Source: Chiloscyllium plagiosum (lineage: Eukaryota). Taken from it: a DNA stretch of 43,236 bases. The notes below the pieces were generated by a model that saw only the letters and a list, made by a program, of their open reading frames with translations, made no database searches and had not been told where the DNA came from. Position 1 is the stretch's first letter, and the number at the start of each line of letters is the position of its first letter. The translations under genes were made by a program, and so were the position numbers. This document shows positions 1-11,361 of the stretch, piece by piece. The stretch is from NCBI RefSeq assembly GCF_004010195.1, contig NC_057728.1:43808439-43851674 (forward strand), written 5' to 3'.

Positions 1-870
1 CCAAGCCACACATCCTAAGTCATGTCTCACCGCATCATAATTTCCCTGACCCCAGCTATAACTCTTGCCTTGTAGTACACACTTATCCCTCTCCATCACG
101 AGAGTAAAAATCACCGTATTATGGTCACTATCCCCAAAGTGCTCACCTAGCTCTAATTCTAACACCTGGCCTGGTTCGTTACCCAGAACCAAATCCAGTA
201 TGGCCTCACCTCTTGTTGGCCTGTCTACATATTGTGTCAGGAAACTCTCCTGCACACATTGAACAAACACTGACCCATCTAACGAACTTGAGCTATAGCT
301 TTCCCAATCAATATCAGGAAAGTTAGAGTCCCCCATAGCAACCACCCTATTACTTTCACTCTTCTCTTGCATCATCCTCGCAATCCTTTCTTCTACGTTT
401 CTAGGACTATTAGGAGGCCTGTAAAAAACTCCTAACAGGGTGAGCTCACCTTTCCTATTCCTAACCTCAGCCCAAACTACCTCAGATGGCAAGTCCTCAT
501 CCATCGTCCTTTCCACCACTGTAATATTATCTTTGACAAGCAATGCCACACCTCCCCCTCTTTTACCCCCCCCTCTGCCCCTACTCAAACATTTAAATCC
601 TGGAACCTGCACCAGCCAATCCTGTCCCTGTTCTAGCCATGTCTCCGTAATAGCCACAACATCGAAGTCCCAGGTACCAACCCACGCTGCAAGTTCACCT
701 ACCTTATTTCGTATACTTCTTGCATTGAAGTATACACACTTCAAGCCACTTTCCTGTTTACAGACACCCTCCTTGTGAATTGATGCCATGTTCCTAACCT
801 CCCTACACTCCAGGCCCTGCCCCCTGAAGCTATAATCTGGGTTCCCATGCCCCTGCAGAGTTAGTTTAAA
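1..870 (-). CDS. CR1 ORF2 N-terminus, APE-type endonuclease (open frame, not in the ORF track)
   Basis: Hand translation shows no stop from 870 to 1: ...LKCVYFNARSIRNK...VAITETW...GGGVALLV...GVFYRPP...MGDSN...ILDLVL...DSDH. First in-frame ATG is at 789-787. Confidence 0.9.
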
Positions 871-1600
871 CCCCCGCCAAGAGCACTAGCAAACCTCCCC
901 CCAAGGATACTGGTGCCCCTCAGGTTCAGGTGTAGACCATCCTGTTTATAGAGGTCCCACCGTCCCCAGAAAGAACCCCAGTTATCCAAAAGCCGGAATC
1001 CCTCCCTCCTGCACCATCCCTGTAGCCACGCATTTAAGTGTTCTCTTTCCCTATTCCTCGAATCTCTATCACGTGGCACGGGTAACAAACCAGAGGCAAC
1101 AACTCTGTTTGTTCTAACTCCAAGCTTCCAACCTAGCTCCCTGAAAGCCTGTCTAACATCCTCTGCACTCCTCCTACCTATGTCGTTGGTGCCAATGTGG
1201 ACCACGACTTCGGGTTGGTCCCCCTCCCCCTCCAGGACCCGGAAAACACGATCAGAGACGTCACGTACCCTTGCACCTGGGAGGCAACATACCAAACGTG
1301 AGTCTCTCTCGTTCCCACAAACCGCCTATCTGTGCCCCGAACTTTCGAGTCCCCAATTACTACTGCTCTGCTCTTCTTCACGCTTCCCTTCTGAGTAACG
1401 GGGACAGGTTCCGTGCCAGAGACCTGAGCCCCGTTACTTACCCCTGGTAAGTCGTACCCCCCCCAAGTATCCAAAATGGTATACTTGTTCTTGAGGGGAA
1501 CGGCCGCAGGGGGTCCCTGCACTGGCTGCTTCCTCCCAGTCCCCCTCACTGTCACCCATCTATCTGCCATCTTTGGAGTTACTACTTCCCTAAAGCTCCG
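861..1600 (-). pseudogene. CR1 ORF1 (SGNH/GDSL esterase domain) with one frameshift near 1320
   Basis: Motifs VIGDS, HIGTND and DGLH are split over ORFs 1178..1690 and 861..1295. Restoring one base near 1320 gives RRFCGNERDSRLVCC, matching RRFCGHGRDSRMVCC in the 43 kb copy. Confidence 0.9.
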
Positions 1601-1624
1601 AGCTGTGTACATTTGCAGGAAGAA

Positions 1625-1860
1625 GTGGACAGCATTCAGGCTTGGGCTGATAAGTGACAAGTAACATGCTTGCCACACAAGTACCAGCAATGGCCATCTT
1701 CAACTAGAAAGAATCATACCATCACCCCTTGACATTCAAGGGTATTGCCATCACCATCTTGGGATTTACGCTGATTATGGGCAAATTGCTCCATCCTAGG
1801 GCTTACCATTGATGAAAAACTTTACTGTACAAGCCATATTGTGGCAATAAGAGCAGCCAA
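1625..1860 (+). mobile_element. Decayed CR1-group LINE fragment (family B)
   Basis: gacagcattcaggcttgggctgataagtgacaag corresponds to the IQAWADKWQV block also seen at 7.25 kb and 36.6 kb. Confidence 0.7.
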
Positions 1861-2094
1861 TGCATCAGAACACCATCTGCAAGTTTTACATTCTATGACC
1901 ATGAGGCACAGGAGCAGAAACAGATCATTCAGGCCATCAAGGCTGCTTCACCATTCAGTGAGGCAATAGCTGGTGTGATAATCCCTATGGGCTACAGAAG
2001 CTCAAAATGCAGCTCACCAACATCTTCTCATGAGCAAGTAAGGAGAGACAACAAATATTAGCCTCCTGTCTAGGGCTTACATTCCAGAAATAAA

Positions 2095-2778
2095 AAATGA
2101 ATAGGATGGCTGTCATGGTGAATCACAGAAAACAAGTATGCGAGCATACAGCAGGTAATAAGAAAGGCAAGTAGAAATTTGGCAGCAAGTGCTAAAGAAA
2201 GTGAGTATAAATATAAGGGAGTCTTGATACAAATATATGACATTAGTGAGACCACACCTGAAGTACAGTATACAGTTTTGGTCCCCTTATTTAAGAGGGA
2301 TATGGTTCAGAGGAGATTCACCAGATTTATCCCAAAGAGATTTATCTTATCAAGAGATGTTGAGAAGTTTAGGCCTATACTCTCCAGAGTTTAGAAGACT
2401 GAAATGGGATCTAATTGAGGTTTATAAGATGTTAAAGGGGATTGACAAAGTACACAAAGAGAGGATATTTCCAGTTGTGGGCCAATCTAGAATGACAGGT
2501 CACAGTTTTAGGATAAGGGGTGGCAGATTTAAAACAGAGATGAGAAGAAATTACTTCTCTCAAAGGTTCATGAATCTGATAAGTCTGCTATTGCAGAGTG
2601 TGGGGGATGCCGGGGCAATAAATTTAAAGGAGGAGATAAATAGATTTTTAATTAACAATGGTTTGAATAGTTATGGGAAGTGGGTAGGAAAGTAGAATTG
2701 AGCCTGAGATGAGATCAGCCATGATCACATTGAATGAGGATCTGAATTACCTACTCCTGGTCCAAGTTCACATGTTCT
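2095..2778 (+). mobile_element. Decayed CR1 (HER1-like) LINE 3' end
   Basis: ORF 2237..2695 has TLVRPHLKYSIQFWSPY, DLIEVYK and RRNYFSQR (CR1 ORF2 C-terminus), followed by a gatcagccatgatc...cctactcctg tail. Confidence 0.88.
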
Positions 2779-3429
2779 TAGGATGACTGACACACTCACT
2801 GGCCCATTAGGTGAATATGTCCACCTGCCAGAACTTTCCAAAAAGCAGGCAAAAGAACTTTAATTGGGCGGGAGTTGAAAATTTAGTTTCCTGACAAAGG
2901 GTTAATGTTTTGCTATTAGTTTCTTGAAATGTTGGCTTTCCCAAGCTTCTGGATTTATTGGCTTTATAAATTGCACTTTTTGGCTTTTTATGAATACTCA
3001 TTAATACCAGTCCACTAAAATTACACTCACAAGCCAAAAATGGAAAAGGTGTTTCTGAGGCATGTGCCTAGCGGAGTAAACTCCAAACTCTGGTGAGTAC
3101 ACAAAAGTGAAGTCATATTGGACTCAAAACATTAATTCTGTTTCAATAATAACAAGTGCTACTGAGTTTCTCTAACAATTTCTGTTTTAATTCCAGATCT
3201 CCAGACTTCCAGAATCTGCAGTACCTTCCTTTGATTTGGGGTTATTTAGGTATGCTGGGAGGGAGAATAAACAGGTGAACTGAATAAGGCCTGGTGTGAG
3301 AATACATTTGGGCATGGGAATCTGATTGGGAGAGGAATCGGAAAAAGAAGCAGGGATACTTCCATACCATCTGTTCCTTTCAACTCTCAAGAGAGGGTGA
3401 CATCTCCCAACCAGCAGCCCATAAGTGTG

Positions 3430-3960
3430 TTTGTGAGTTCATCAATTGCCTTTACAAGAAAGCAGTACAGTTTGTTCAGTTCACTACTGCTCTAAACAGC
3501 CAAGATGGCCCAACCAATCAGATTTGCTGTCACCACTGGCTTCCCTCAAATACAACATGCCATTGCATATATGCACACTCAAAACTCCATGACATCATCC
3601 AGTCAGATTTCTGAACAGGATGGGATTTCATTCCCTCAATGTCTAGCTGGTTTGAGACCAAAGATGACAATTCTTGTGTCTGCATCTGCTATTCAGGGAA
3701 CTTTCACAATGCTTCAATTCTGCATCATCCCCAGGGCTGGCTCATGGATAAAAAGTGTACTCCCATAAGACATGGTTAATGACCACAGTACAAACCCTTA
3801 GATTCATGCCAAATAGCACTACAAAGGTGCCAATGTAACCCCCTGGGGCCATCATTGACAAGACAATTGGTTTTCTGAAGATGTGCTTCTGTTATTTGGA
3901 TTGTTTAGATGGAACATCCTAGTACTCACTGATGTGGGTCTCTTCTAGATTGTTTCATGT
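3430..3960 (+). mobile_element. PIF/Harbinger (HARBI1-like) transposase relic
   Basis: Ordered decayed motifs GFPQIQHAIAYMH, FLNRMGFHSLNV*LV*D, YSGNFHNASIL, GWLMDK and IIDKTIGFLKMCF, compared with family motifs GFPxxxGAIDxTH, NRKGxHSLNVQ, PGSxHD, GDxGY and IExxxGxLKxRF. Confidence 0.8.
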
Positions 3961-4056
3961 AGACTTAATTCGACAATGGGATGAGAATTTAGAAGAGGGG
4001 AGACGGACCAGCCACACGTCTACTCAGATAAGAATGAAGGGAATCTGATGGAGTTG

Positions 4057-4217
4057 CTGAAGGAGCAGGAGAATCGACGTTTCAGGCATAAGCCATTGAT
4101 CAGGTTTATGCCTGAAATATCGATTCTCCTGCTCTTCGGATGCTGCCTGACCTGCTGTGCTTCTCCAGCACCACACTCTCAACTCTGATTTCCAGCATCT
4201 GCAGTCTTCACTTTCTC
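4057..4217. repeat. Fold-back repeat, probably inverted Penelope-like terminal repeats
   Basis: Arms 4063-4094 and 4103-4134 are near-perfect reverse complements. The minus strand has a decayed hammerhead-like motif CTGATCA-A-TGGC-TTAT-GCCT-GAAACGTC. Related tails occur near 3120-3220, 29710-29810 and 40430-40530. Confidence 0.7.
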
Positions 4218-5094
4218 TGAGATGCTGAAGAAGTCAACATTAACAAGGAAAATGCTGTGTAAGTAAAGGAAATAGTGAAATCAGGCAGTTAGTCACAAGA
4301 GAATCTAATAGTAGTTAGGTTTTGTGGATGGATGACTTTGTATTAATGTTATTCAGACTATCAGAATGATGAACTAATTATGACTTACAGGCATTCATAC
4401 CCTCAAACGAATGCTTGATTGATAAATTTAAAACATTACGCTAATTTGTTTGCCATAAATCGTGAGTTAATTTATTTCCTTTGCACCAATAACTGCCTGT
4501 TCATTTTTCTGCCCAGAGCATCAATACAGAGTTAAAGAGCATTACATAGGGGTTATATAACATATGCGCTTATATAACTCAACCTTCATTTGGAAAGAAT
4601 ATTCATCTATCACTGAAACAAACTATGCTGATTGATTCCTGGTAGTTAGCCATCTAAATCATTAATAGCCAAGTTTAGAGATTCATCATCTGTCCTGGGC
4701 TCAACATGGGTTGTTCACTTACAGTTTGTATAGAGTGTTAGAAAACGCACTATTTCTTTCTCTTCCAGCTGTAGGTTAGTATGTGTGCTGTGTTCCTCTA
4801 CAAAATAGTATCTACCTTTTCTCTCTCTGTGTCCCAAAATGCCATTATCTTAATTGTGAAAGCTACCTCCTGATTTTTAAAACCTTTTTGCTTGGGTTTC
4901 TCCTCTGTGCTAGCCAGATTACAAATCAAGTCCCTGAGGTGATTTGTTACTGAAATTCCCTTATTATGACCTTAAGTCAAAGGAGTCATAAAGATAAAAC
5001 AAAACTGTTGTATAAAGTCCTGTGTTTGTAACAATATTAACTCACTGACAGAAAACACAGATTGAGCAAAGTAATCCCTCAAGCAAAGGATCAG

Positions 5095-5405
5095 TTCAAA
5101 TCTCTTCTATCCTCTCTCATTTCATTGAGAATGTTGCTGGACAATCATACAATCAACAGACCAGGCAGTTCTACAAATATCTCCATCTTCAATGACAGTG
5201 GAGCCCAGCCCAACAGTGCAAAAGACATGGCTGAAGTCTCTGTGAGGGTTTTCAGCCAGACGTGCCAAATAAATAATCCTTCTTGGCTTCCTCCTGAAGT
5301 GGAATTCCCACCATAAAAAGTATTAGTTTTCAGTCAATTTGATTCAATCCAATCTTGGTGTCAAGAAATTGCTGAAGTCATTGTATAAGCAAAGGCAATA
5401 GGCCC
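5095..5405 (+). mobile_element. Decayed CR1-group LINE internal fragment (probably family B) flanking the Gypsy insertion
   Basis: Reads as STNISIFNDSGAQ...AKDMAEV...FSQTCQ, ending at a KAIGP-like motif typical of the LINE pre-RT region. Confidence 0.55.
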
Positions 5406-5631
5406 TGAAGTGTGGTCAGCCAGGTGGGCCTCATAGAATATGAGCAACTGGATAGAGGCTGTTAACATAGTCCAAGAGGGAGCCCTGGCTGACAGATATA
5501 AATAGGAGAGTCAGAGGTATCATTCACTCTGAGAGTTGGCTCTCAGAGAGCTGCATCAGTGTTAAAGACTCTCCACGTGGAAATAAAGCATGACTTGGTG
5601 ATGGGATACTGGCCTCTGTGGAGTTAGTTCA
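5406..5631 (+). repeat. 5' LTR of Gypsy element
   Basis: TG...CA ends. Aligns with 9914-10165 (ggtcagc-aggtgg, catagaata, cagatataaataggag, gactctcc). Contains TATAAA and AATAAA. Confidence 0.85.
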
Positions 5632-5632
5632 G

Positions 5633-5644
5633 TGGTGATGAGAT
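5633..5644 (+). promoter_or_regulatory. Primer binding site, CpG-decayed, probably tRNA-Ser
   Basis: TGGTGATGAG one base after the LTR; equals TGGCGACGAG (complement of the vertebrate tRNA-Ser(GCT) 3' end) with two CpG>TpG changes. Confidence 0.6.
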
Positions 5645-6092
5645 AAAAAAACACGTTCCTGAAGAAATTTGCTCACAATAGTCATCTTTGAGTTGGAGTA
5701 AGCATTTCTCGCATCGTGCCATTATTGGGGAAGCCAGACTTGTTTTATCCTGCCATTGAAGACTGGGCCCAGTATGTGAAAAGAATTCATTATTTTTTCT
5801 GGAAAAATGACACTGGGGCAGATGATAAACAGCTGGTGGACTTACAACGTTTTTGGTTATTAGGAGTTTAACTTTCCCTGAAGCACCAGATACTGAAAAC
5901 TTCCAAGGGTTCTTAGATTTAGTTAAGGAATATTATGACCCCAAGACTCCTCTAATTCTGAGATGCTATCAGTTTTACTCCACAATTGGAGAACTAGAGA
6001 AATCCTTATTGAGATTCTTGACTAGGTTAAAATGATTACCTGAGGTGTGTGACTTTGATTTAACTTTGAATGAGATGCCGAGAGACGGTTTG

Positions 6093-6417
6093 ATTAGATT
6101 AGATTAGATTACCTACAGTGTGGAAACAGGCCCTTCGGCCCAACCAGTCCACACCAACCCTCTGAGGAGTAACCCACCCAGACCCATTATTTCCCTCTGA
6201 ATAATGCACCCAACACTATGGGCAATTTAGCATGGCCAATTCATCTGAACTGCACATTTTTGGACTGTGGGAGGAAACCGGAGCACCCGGAGAAAACCCA
6301 TGCAGACATGGGGAGAATGTACAAACTCCACACAGACAGTCGCCCAAGGCAGGAATCGAACCTGGGACCATGATGCTGTGAGGCAACACTGCTAACCACT
6401 GAGCCACCATGCCGCCC
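6093..6417 (-). mobile_element. HE1-type V-SINE inserted in Gypsy gag
   Basis: Minus strand begins GGGCGGCATGGTGGCTCAGTGG (A box), has B box GGTTCGATTCC, the V-domain TGTGTGGAGTTTG...GGGTGCTCCGGTTTCCTCCCACAGTCC and a (TCTAA)n tail. GTTTG occurs on both flanks. Confidence 0.93.
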
Positions 6418-6778
6418 TGTTTGGTATGTGGGATTAGTGCCTACTAGCTGAAGCTCAACTGGACCTCAAACAGGCACTACAACTGGCTTTATAATTGGAA
6501 AATGCACCAAGTGGAGCATATGAGTTACAAGGTATTCCAATGGAAGTGGACACCTGCGCCATTTTGACTGAACTTGGGGAATGCCACTTAAGTGAATGCA
6601 ATTGCATAGCCTCACTCAGGACTTATTCTGAACAGAAGGACTCCAGGTCAACCCTCAGCAAAACCCAAAAACAAAGCTAAGCCTTGGCTAAACAGTTAAA
6701 GTTTTCTCATGAACTGGGTTGTAAAGCCATTGGAGTTGCTGCCGGTATATGGACTCGAGATAGAAAAAGAGTTCCATT

Positions 6779-7593
6779 TGTCTGAGGATCTTTGGTGAAT
6801 CTCTGCACTGAACTTGTAGATAGTACACACTACTGCTACTGAGCGTTGGTTGTGGAGAGAGTGGCTGCTTGTGGATGTGGTGCCAATCAAGCAGGTTGCT
6901 TTGTCCTGGATGGTGTCAAGCTTCTTGAATGTTGCTGGGGCTGCATCATCCAGGCAAGTGGGGAGTATTTCATTATACTCCTGACTTGTGCTTTGTGGAT
7001 GGTGGACAGACTTTCGGAAGTCAGGAGGTGAGTTACTCACTGTGATATTCCTTGCTTCTGACCTGCTGTTGTAACCACTGCATTTATATGGTGAGTAAAG
7101 CTGAGTTTCTGATTAATGATTACTCCCAGGATGTTGCTTGTAGGGGATTCAGTGATGGTAACACCATTGAATGTCAAAAGGCAGTGGTTAGATTGTCTCT
7201 TTTGGTGATGGTCATAGCCTGGCATTTGTGTGGCACAAATGTCACTTGCCATTTGTCAGCCCAAGCCTGGATATTGTCCAGATCTTGTTGTATTCGGACA
7301 CGGACTGCTTCAGTGTCTGAGGAGTTGTGAATGGTGCTGAATGTTGCACAATCATCAGTAAACATCCCCACTTCTGACCTTATGATGCAGGAAAGGTTAT
7401 TGATGAAGCAGCTGAAGATGGTTGGGTCCTGAGGAACTGCTGCAAAGATGTCCTGGAGCTGAGATGACTGAATTTCCAATAACCACAACCATCAGGTATG
7501 ACTCTAACCACCAAAAGGTTTCTCTTGTACCCATTGATTCCAGAATTGCTAGAGTTCTGTGATGCCACACTCAGTCAAACGCAACCTTTATGT
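6779..7593 (-). mobile_element. CR1-group LINE (family B) RT fragment nested in Gypsy
   Basis: Minus ORFs give PTIFSCFINNL...MFTDD...QQDLDNIQAWADKWQVTF and KKLDTIQDKA. Confidence 0.85.
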
Positions 7594-7928
7594 TTGTACC
7601 AATAATCAAGACAGTCATTTTTGGTATTGTTAGCCTGTGTAATTTTTCAGTGGATGGTGAAGAACATTTTCCAAGGTCTACCCTGAGTTGCCATTTATCT
7701 AGATGACCTGCTAATAACAGGGAAGACAAATAAGGAGCATTTAGAGAACTTGGCCATAGTCCTTAGATGTTTCTCCCAGGTGGGCATATGCCTTAGAAGG
7801 GAAAAATGTGTGTTCTAGGCAACCCAAGTGACCTACTTAGGCTACAGAGTTGCCAAGACTAGGTTACACCTGTTGGAAAATTGTGCACTTCTTTTGTGGT
7901 ATAAGGAATCCCTGAAGTGTTGGTCATC

Positions 7929-8607
7929 TGTTATGGACCAGGCCAGACACCCTCAAAACATTTTAAGAAAGTCCAGGCTACTTTCTAACTTTTCTAGTTG
8001 TTTTAAGCAGGTGTATAGTGTATATTCCAGGAGGGAGGCAGCCAGCCCAACCATTAATTTTAAGCAAAACAGAATTTATTTGCAAGATTACCAAATGAAA
8101 CGCAAACAAAAGAGAACAGAATACAGAATAACAACTTATCCAAAAACCCAACAGGTTATTCCAACTTAATGATGTTGTTCCAAATATTTGCAACAATCCC
8201 TATAAATACCTTTGGCACAAAAGGCAAAAATCAAATACGTGGTCTTACGAGAGAGAGAGTGAGAGAGAGAGAGAGACGGCAGAGGGATTCAGTATGGAAC
8301 ACCTTCTTCCATGTAGCAGTTTCTTGGAACAGGAGACTCAAACTGACTGTCTGCTTTCAGTTAACAGCCAGACTGCTAAAAACCAAACCAACCCACAGAA
8401 AAGCTGAGCTGGGAGAACTAGCCACTTCCCTTTCATTGTACAAGTGTCTTTTTAAAACATGAAAGCCTTTTGTCTGAGGCAGTATCTGTTAGCTATAATC
8501 AAATTGGCTGCAAACCGAGACTTATCGAAATCACTGCTTTTACGACCTCTCTGAAAAAAGAAGCCAAGGACAGAATAACCTTGTTAAAGGACCACCATCA
8601 TTTCACA
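7929..8607 (-). mobile_element. Solo LTR of an unrelated LTR element inserted in the Gypsy integrase core
   Basis: TGTTATG...TTTCACA termini; flanks TCATC/TCATT; interrupts integrase between GIPEVLV and SFTSREF. Strand is inferred only from a minus-strand AATAAA near 8075. Confidence 0.7.
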
Positions 8608-9002
8608 TCATTTACCAGCAGGGAATTCGAGTATTGCCTGAAGTTGAATGATATACATCATATAAGGACAGCTCCATACCATCCATCATCCACTGGTCTG
8701 GTGGAAAAAGCAGTTCAAACTTAGAAGCCATGCTTAAAGAAACAGCCTACAGCTTCACTAAACCCCAAACATCCTTGGTTCCTATTTGATTATAGGACCA
8801 CCCATCATGCAACCATAGGGATAGCTCCACCAGAGTTGATAATGGAGAGAAGACCCTGCACCACATTAAATCTGATCTTCCCGAACATAGGGAGAAGGGC
8901 GAAATGGCCTCATGAATGCCAATGCCAGCCAAAAAGCTCCGCTAAGTGAGAGACAGTTTACTTCAGGGGATGAAGTTTTGTGTGGGAATCACGGGAATGA
9001 TA

Positions 9003-9478
9003 CCATAAGACCATAAGACATAGGAGCAGGAATTAAGCCATTCAGCCCGTTGAATGCTCCACCATTCAATCATGACTGATAGCTTTTTCAACCACATTTT
9101 CCTGCCTTCTCCCCATAATCTTTGATCCCCTTGCCAATTAAGAACCTATCTATAGCTGTTTAAATATACTCAATGACCTGACCTCTGCAGCCATTTATGG
9201 CAATGAATTCCACAGATTTACTACTCTCTGGCTAGAGAAGTTTCTCCTATTCTCTATTCTAAAGGGGCTTCCCATTAAGGCTGTGCCCTCGGATTCTCGT
9301 CTCTCCTGCCAATGGAAACATCTTATCAATGTCCACTCTCTACAGGTCATTCAAAATTCTGTAAGTTTCAATCAGGTCCCCCTCATCCTTCTAAAGTCCA
9401 TCGAGTATAGTCCCAGAGTCCTCAAACATTCCTCACACATTAAGCCTTTCATTCCTGGGATCACTCCTCTTGAACCTT
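9003..9478 (-). mobile_element. CR1 LINE 3' end nested in Gypsy
   Basis: Starts with the tail ACCATAAGACCATAAGACATAGGAGCAG, followed by the reverse complement of the CR1 ORF2 C-terminal region. Confidence 0.85.
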
Positions 9479-9899
9479 GTCTGGGTAAGAGGCATGGTCA
9501 AGCTGAGGTCAGGTCCAATGACATATAAAGTTCAGGTAGGCGGATGGTCCTGAACAAGCATGTGGACCACATGAAAGCTGCAAACCTGTAAACAGTGCTG
9601 TAGCAGAAGTGCCCATCTCCACTGCCTTTCCAACAGTTCCAGAACCTAGGGGCTTCTCTCTCTGTCAAGGGTTGGGAATACCTTGGAATCTGAAATGGAC
9701 ATGGCAGATATCGTTGCCTTGATGCCTTTACTGCCTGAAGTGGGGAGTGAATTTCCTCTGAGATGCTCCAGGTACAAAAGGCAAGCTATTGTATGTTACA
9801 CCCTGCCTGTAACAGAGACAGTGTTGGAGGAACCTGGCCCAGTGCTAAAATGCCCAGGAGGATCTACAAAAAATAGGAACTGCCCTATATCCTTGGATT

Positions 9900-10165
9900 C
9901 AGAGGGGGAGGGATATAGTGATTGTATTGAGGTCAGCTAGGTGGACTTCATAGAATAAGAGTTCCCCGTTTGAGGCTGTTAATCTGGGCCAATCAGGGAA
10001 CCCTGGTTTACAGATATAAATAGGAGTGTCTCACAAAAAAAAAAAAAAAAAAAAAATAAATAGGAGTGTCAGAGATTCTGAGAGCTGGATCAGTGTCAAG
10101 GACTCTCCGTATGTAAAGAAAGGGTGACTTGATGACAGGATATTGGTCTCTGCAGAATGATTTCA
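9900..10165 (+). repeat. Polypurine tract and 3' LTR of Gypsy element
   Basis: AGAGGGGGAGGGA (9901-9913) directly precedes the second LTR copy, which ends TTTCA at 10165. Confidence 0.85.
10031..10055 (+). mobile_element. Poly(A)-only retroposon insertion (TCAC plus A-run) with 15-bp TSD
   Basis: ATAAATAGGAGTGTC occurs exactly at 10016-10030 and 10056-10070. The 5' LTR has a single copy and no poly(A). Confidence 0.8.
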
Positions 10166-11361
10166 GGCCAAAATTCTGAAAACTGGAATTGCAAGATGAA
10201 TTCCAATGAAGAGATGCAAACTACTAAGCTTATGAACTTCTATTTGATTGTCTAGGCAATCCTTTGGACTACTTACATCCAGAATGTGAGAGAATAATGA
10301 CAATGCACACACGAAACCTTAAAAGTTAACTGCCAGGCATAAAGGTCTGTGCATGTATTCAAGCATAATTGTACACTGTTCATTATCACTGAACGTACAT
10401 TAAGGCGTTAAGGTACATTAAGGTGACCTCAATATCTCAACTGCAAATTAAATTCTACTGAGATTGGCCTAGATTCTGCAGAAAAAATTGCAGAATGTAA
10501 ATGAAACATACATTCATAACTTGTCGTGAAGAAGACAAAACTCCATTAATTTTGGATTGCCGCATGTTGCTGGCTGATTAGAGGAAACAGTAATTTAGAT
10601 TTAACATGCCTATTATTTTTTCTGTATTTGCACATTAATTATGACAGCAAGCGCATTCTATGAATTAACCTAAATGTATTGACTTGATGACAAAATCCTT
10701 TTTGATGTCTGCCAATCTGCCTTTCTTACACAGAACATGAACAAGTTAAATTATAGAGTTTCATTCCTTCTTGGAATGACCCCTCCACCCATTTAAGGCC
10801 AGACTCCAATAGGCAGGTTAGTAAACCCAGTTTTGCTGTGTTTTGTTCTGTGCTCCCTCTCCACCTCTCTGTTAATTCATAGTCGTAATAAGTTGTAGGA
10901 TTGAATCCAATAAATTAAATATTTTGTTGACAATACGAAGTACTACTGGATTAGATAATCGACTGTAAGGGAAATTGCCACCTACTTTCTCTATCCTACA
11001 TTTGACTCCAGCCCTATTTCATGCAGCTGATTTTTAATATTCCATTGTAAAAGTAAATGCGAGATGAATGTCCACACTACCTTCTAAAAATGTAGCCTTG
11101 TACACATTCTGTGGATATTGTGGTGAATAAAAGGGATTTATAATAACATGTAATGTAAATGGTTCCTACAAGAAAAGTAGCAACAATCTTTCACATTGTG
11201 AAGAATTGGAAGATCGATTGTTCAGGGAATGATTGTATATCACAGAACACTATTTGCTATTTCTAAATAATGACCATATAATGTGGAGAACCTTAATGTG
11301 AGTGCCAGTATTAATTTACAAAACACTTTATATTTACATGCGGTTTTGAAAGTTTTATCAT

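Larger units (their letters stand above)
1..1600 (-). mobile_element. CR1 LINE, 5'-truncated within ORF1 and running off the window start
   Basis: SGNH-esterase ORF1 followed by APE-endonuclease ORF2. Protein similarity to ORF1 of the copy at 42659 begins at about 1600 (RSFREVVTP vs RSYRDIVTP). Confidence 0.93.
5406..10165 (+). mobile_element. Decayed Gypsy/Ty3 LTR retrotransposon (Mag-like) with two LTRs and internal deletions
   Basis: Two related LTRs, PBS and PPT. gag remnant PLLGKPDLFYPAIEDWAQYVKR at about 5717; RT YLDD at 7696-7707 with EKCVF..VTYLG; integrase FTSREF...TAPYHPSSTGLVEKAVQT at about 8610-8721. Flanks GGCCC (5401-5405) and GGCCA (10166-10170) fit a 5-bp TSD with one mismatch. 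Confidence 0.9.

Noticed and set aside
11081..11165. Possible minus-strand phase-0 exon (EPFTLHVIINPFYSPQYPQNVYKATFLE)
   Set aside because: Good acceptor but weak donor (GTAGTG), and it does not complete the ankyrin repeat.
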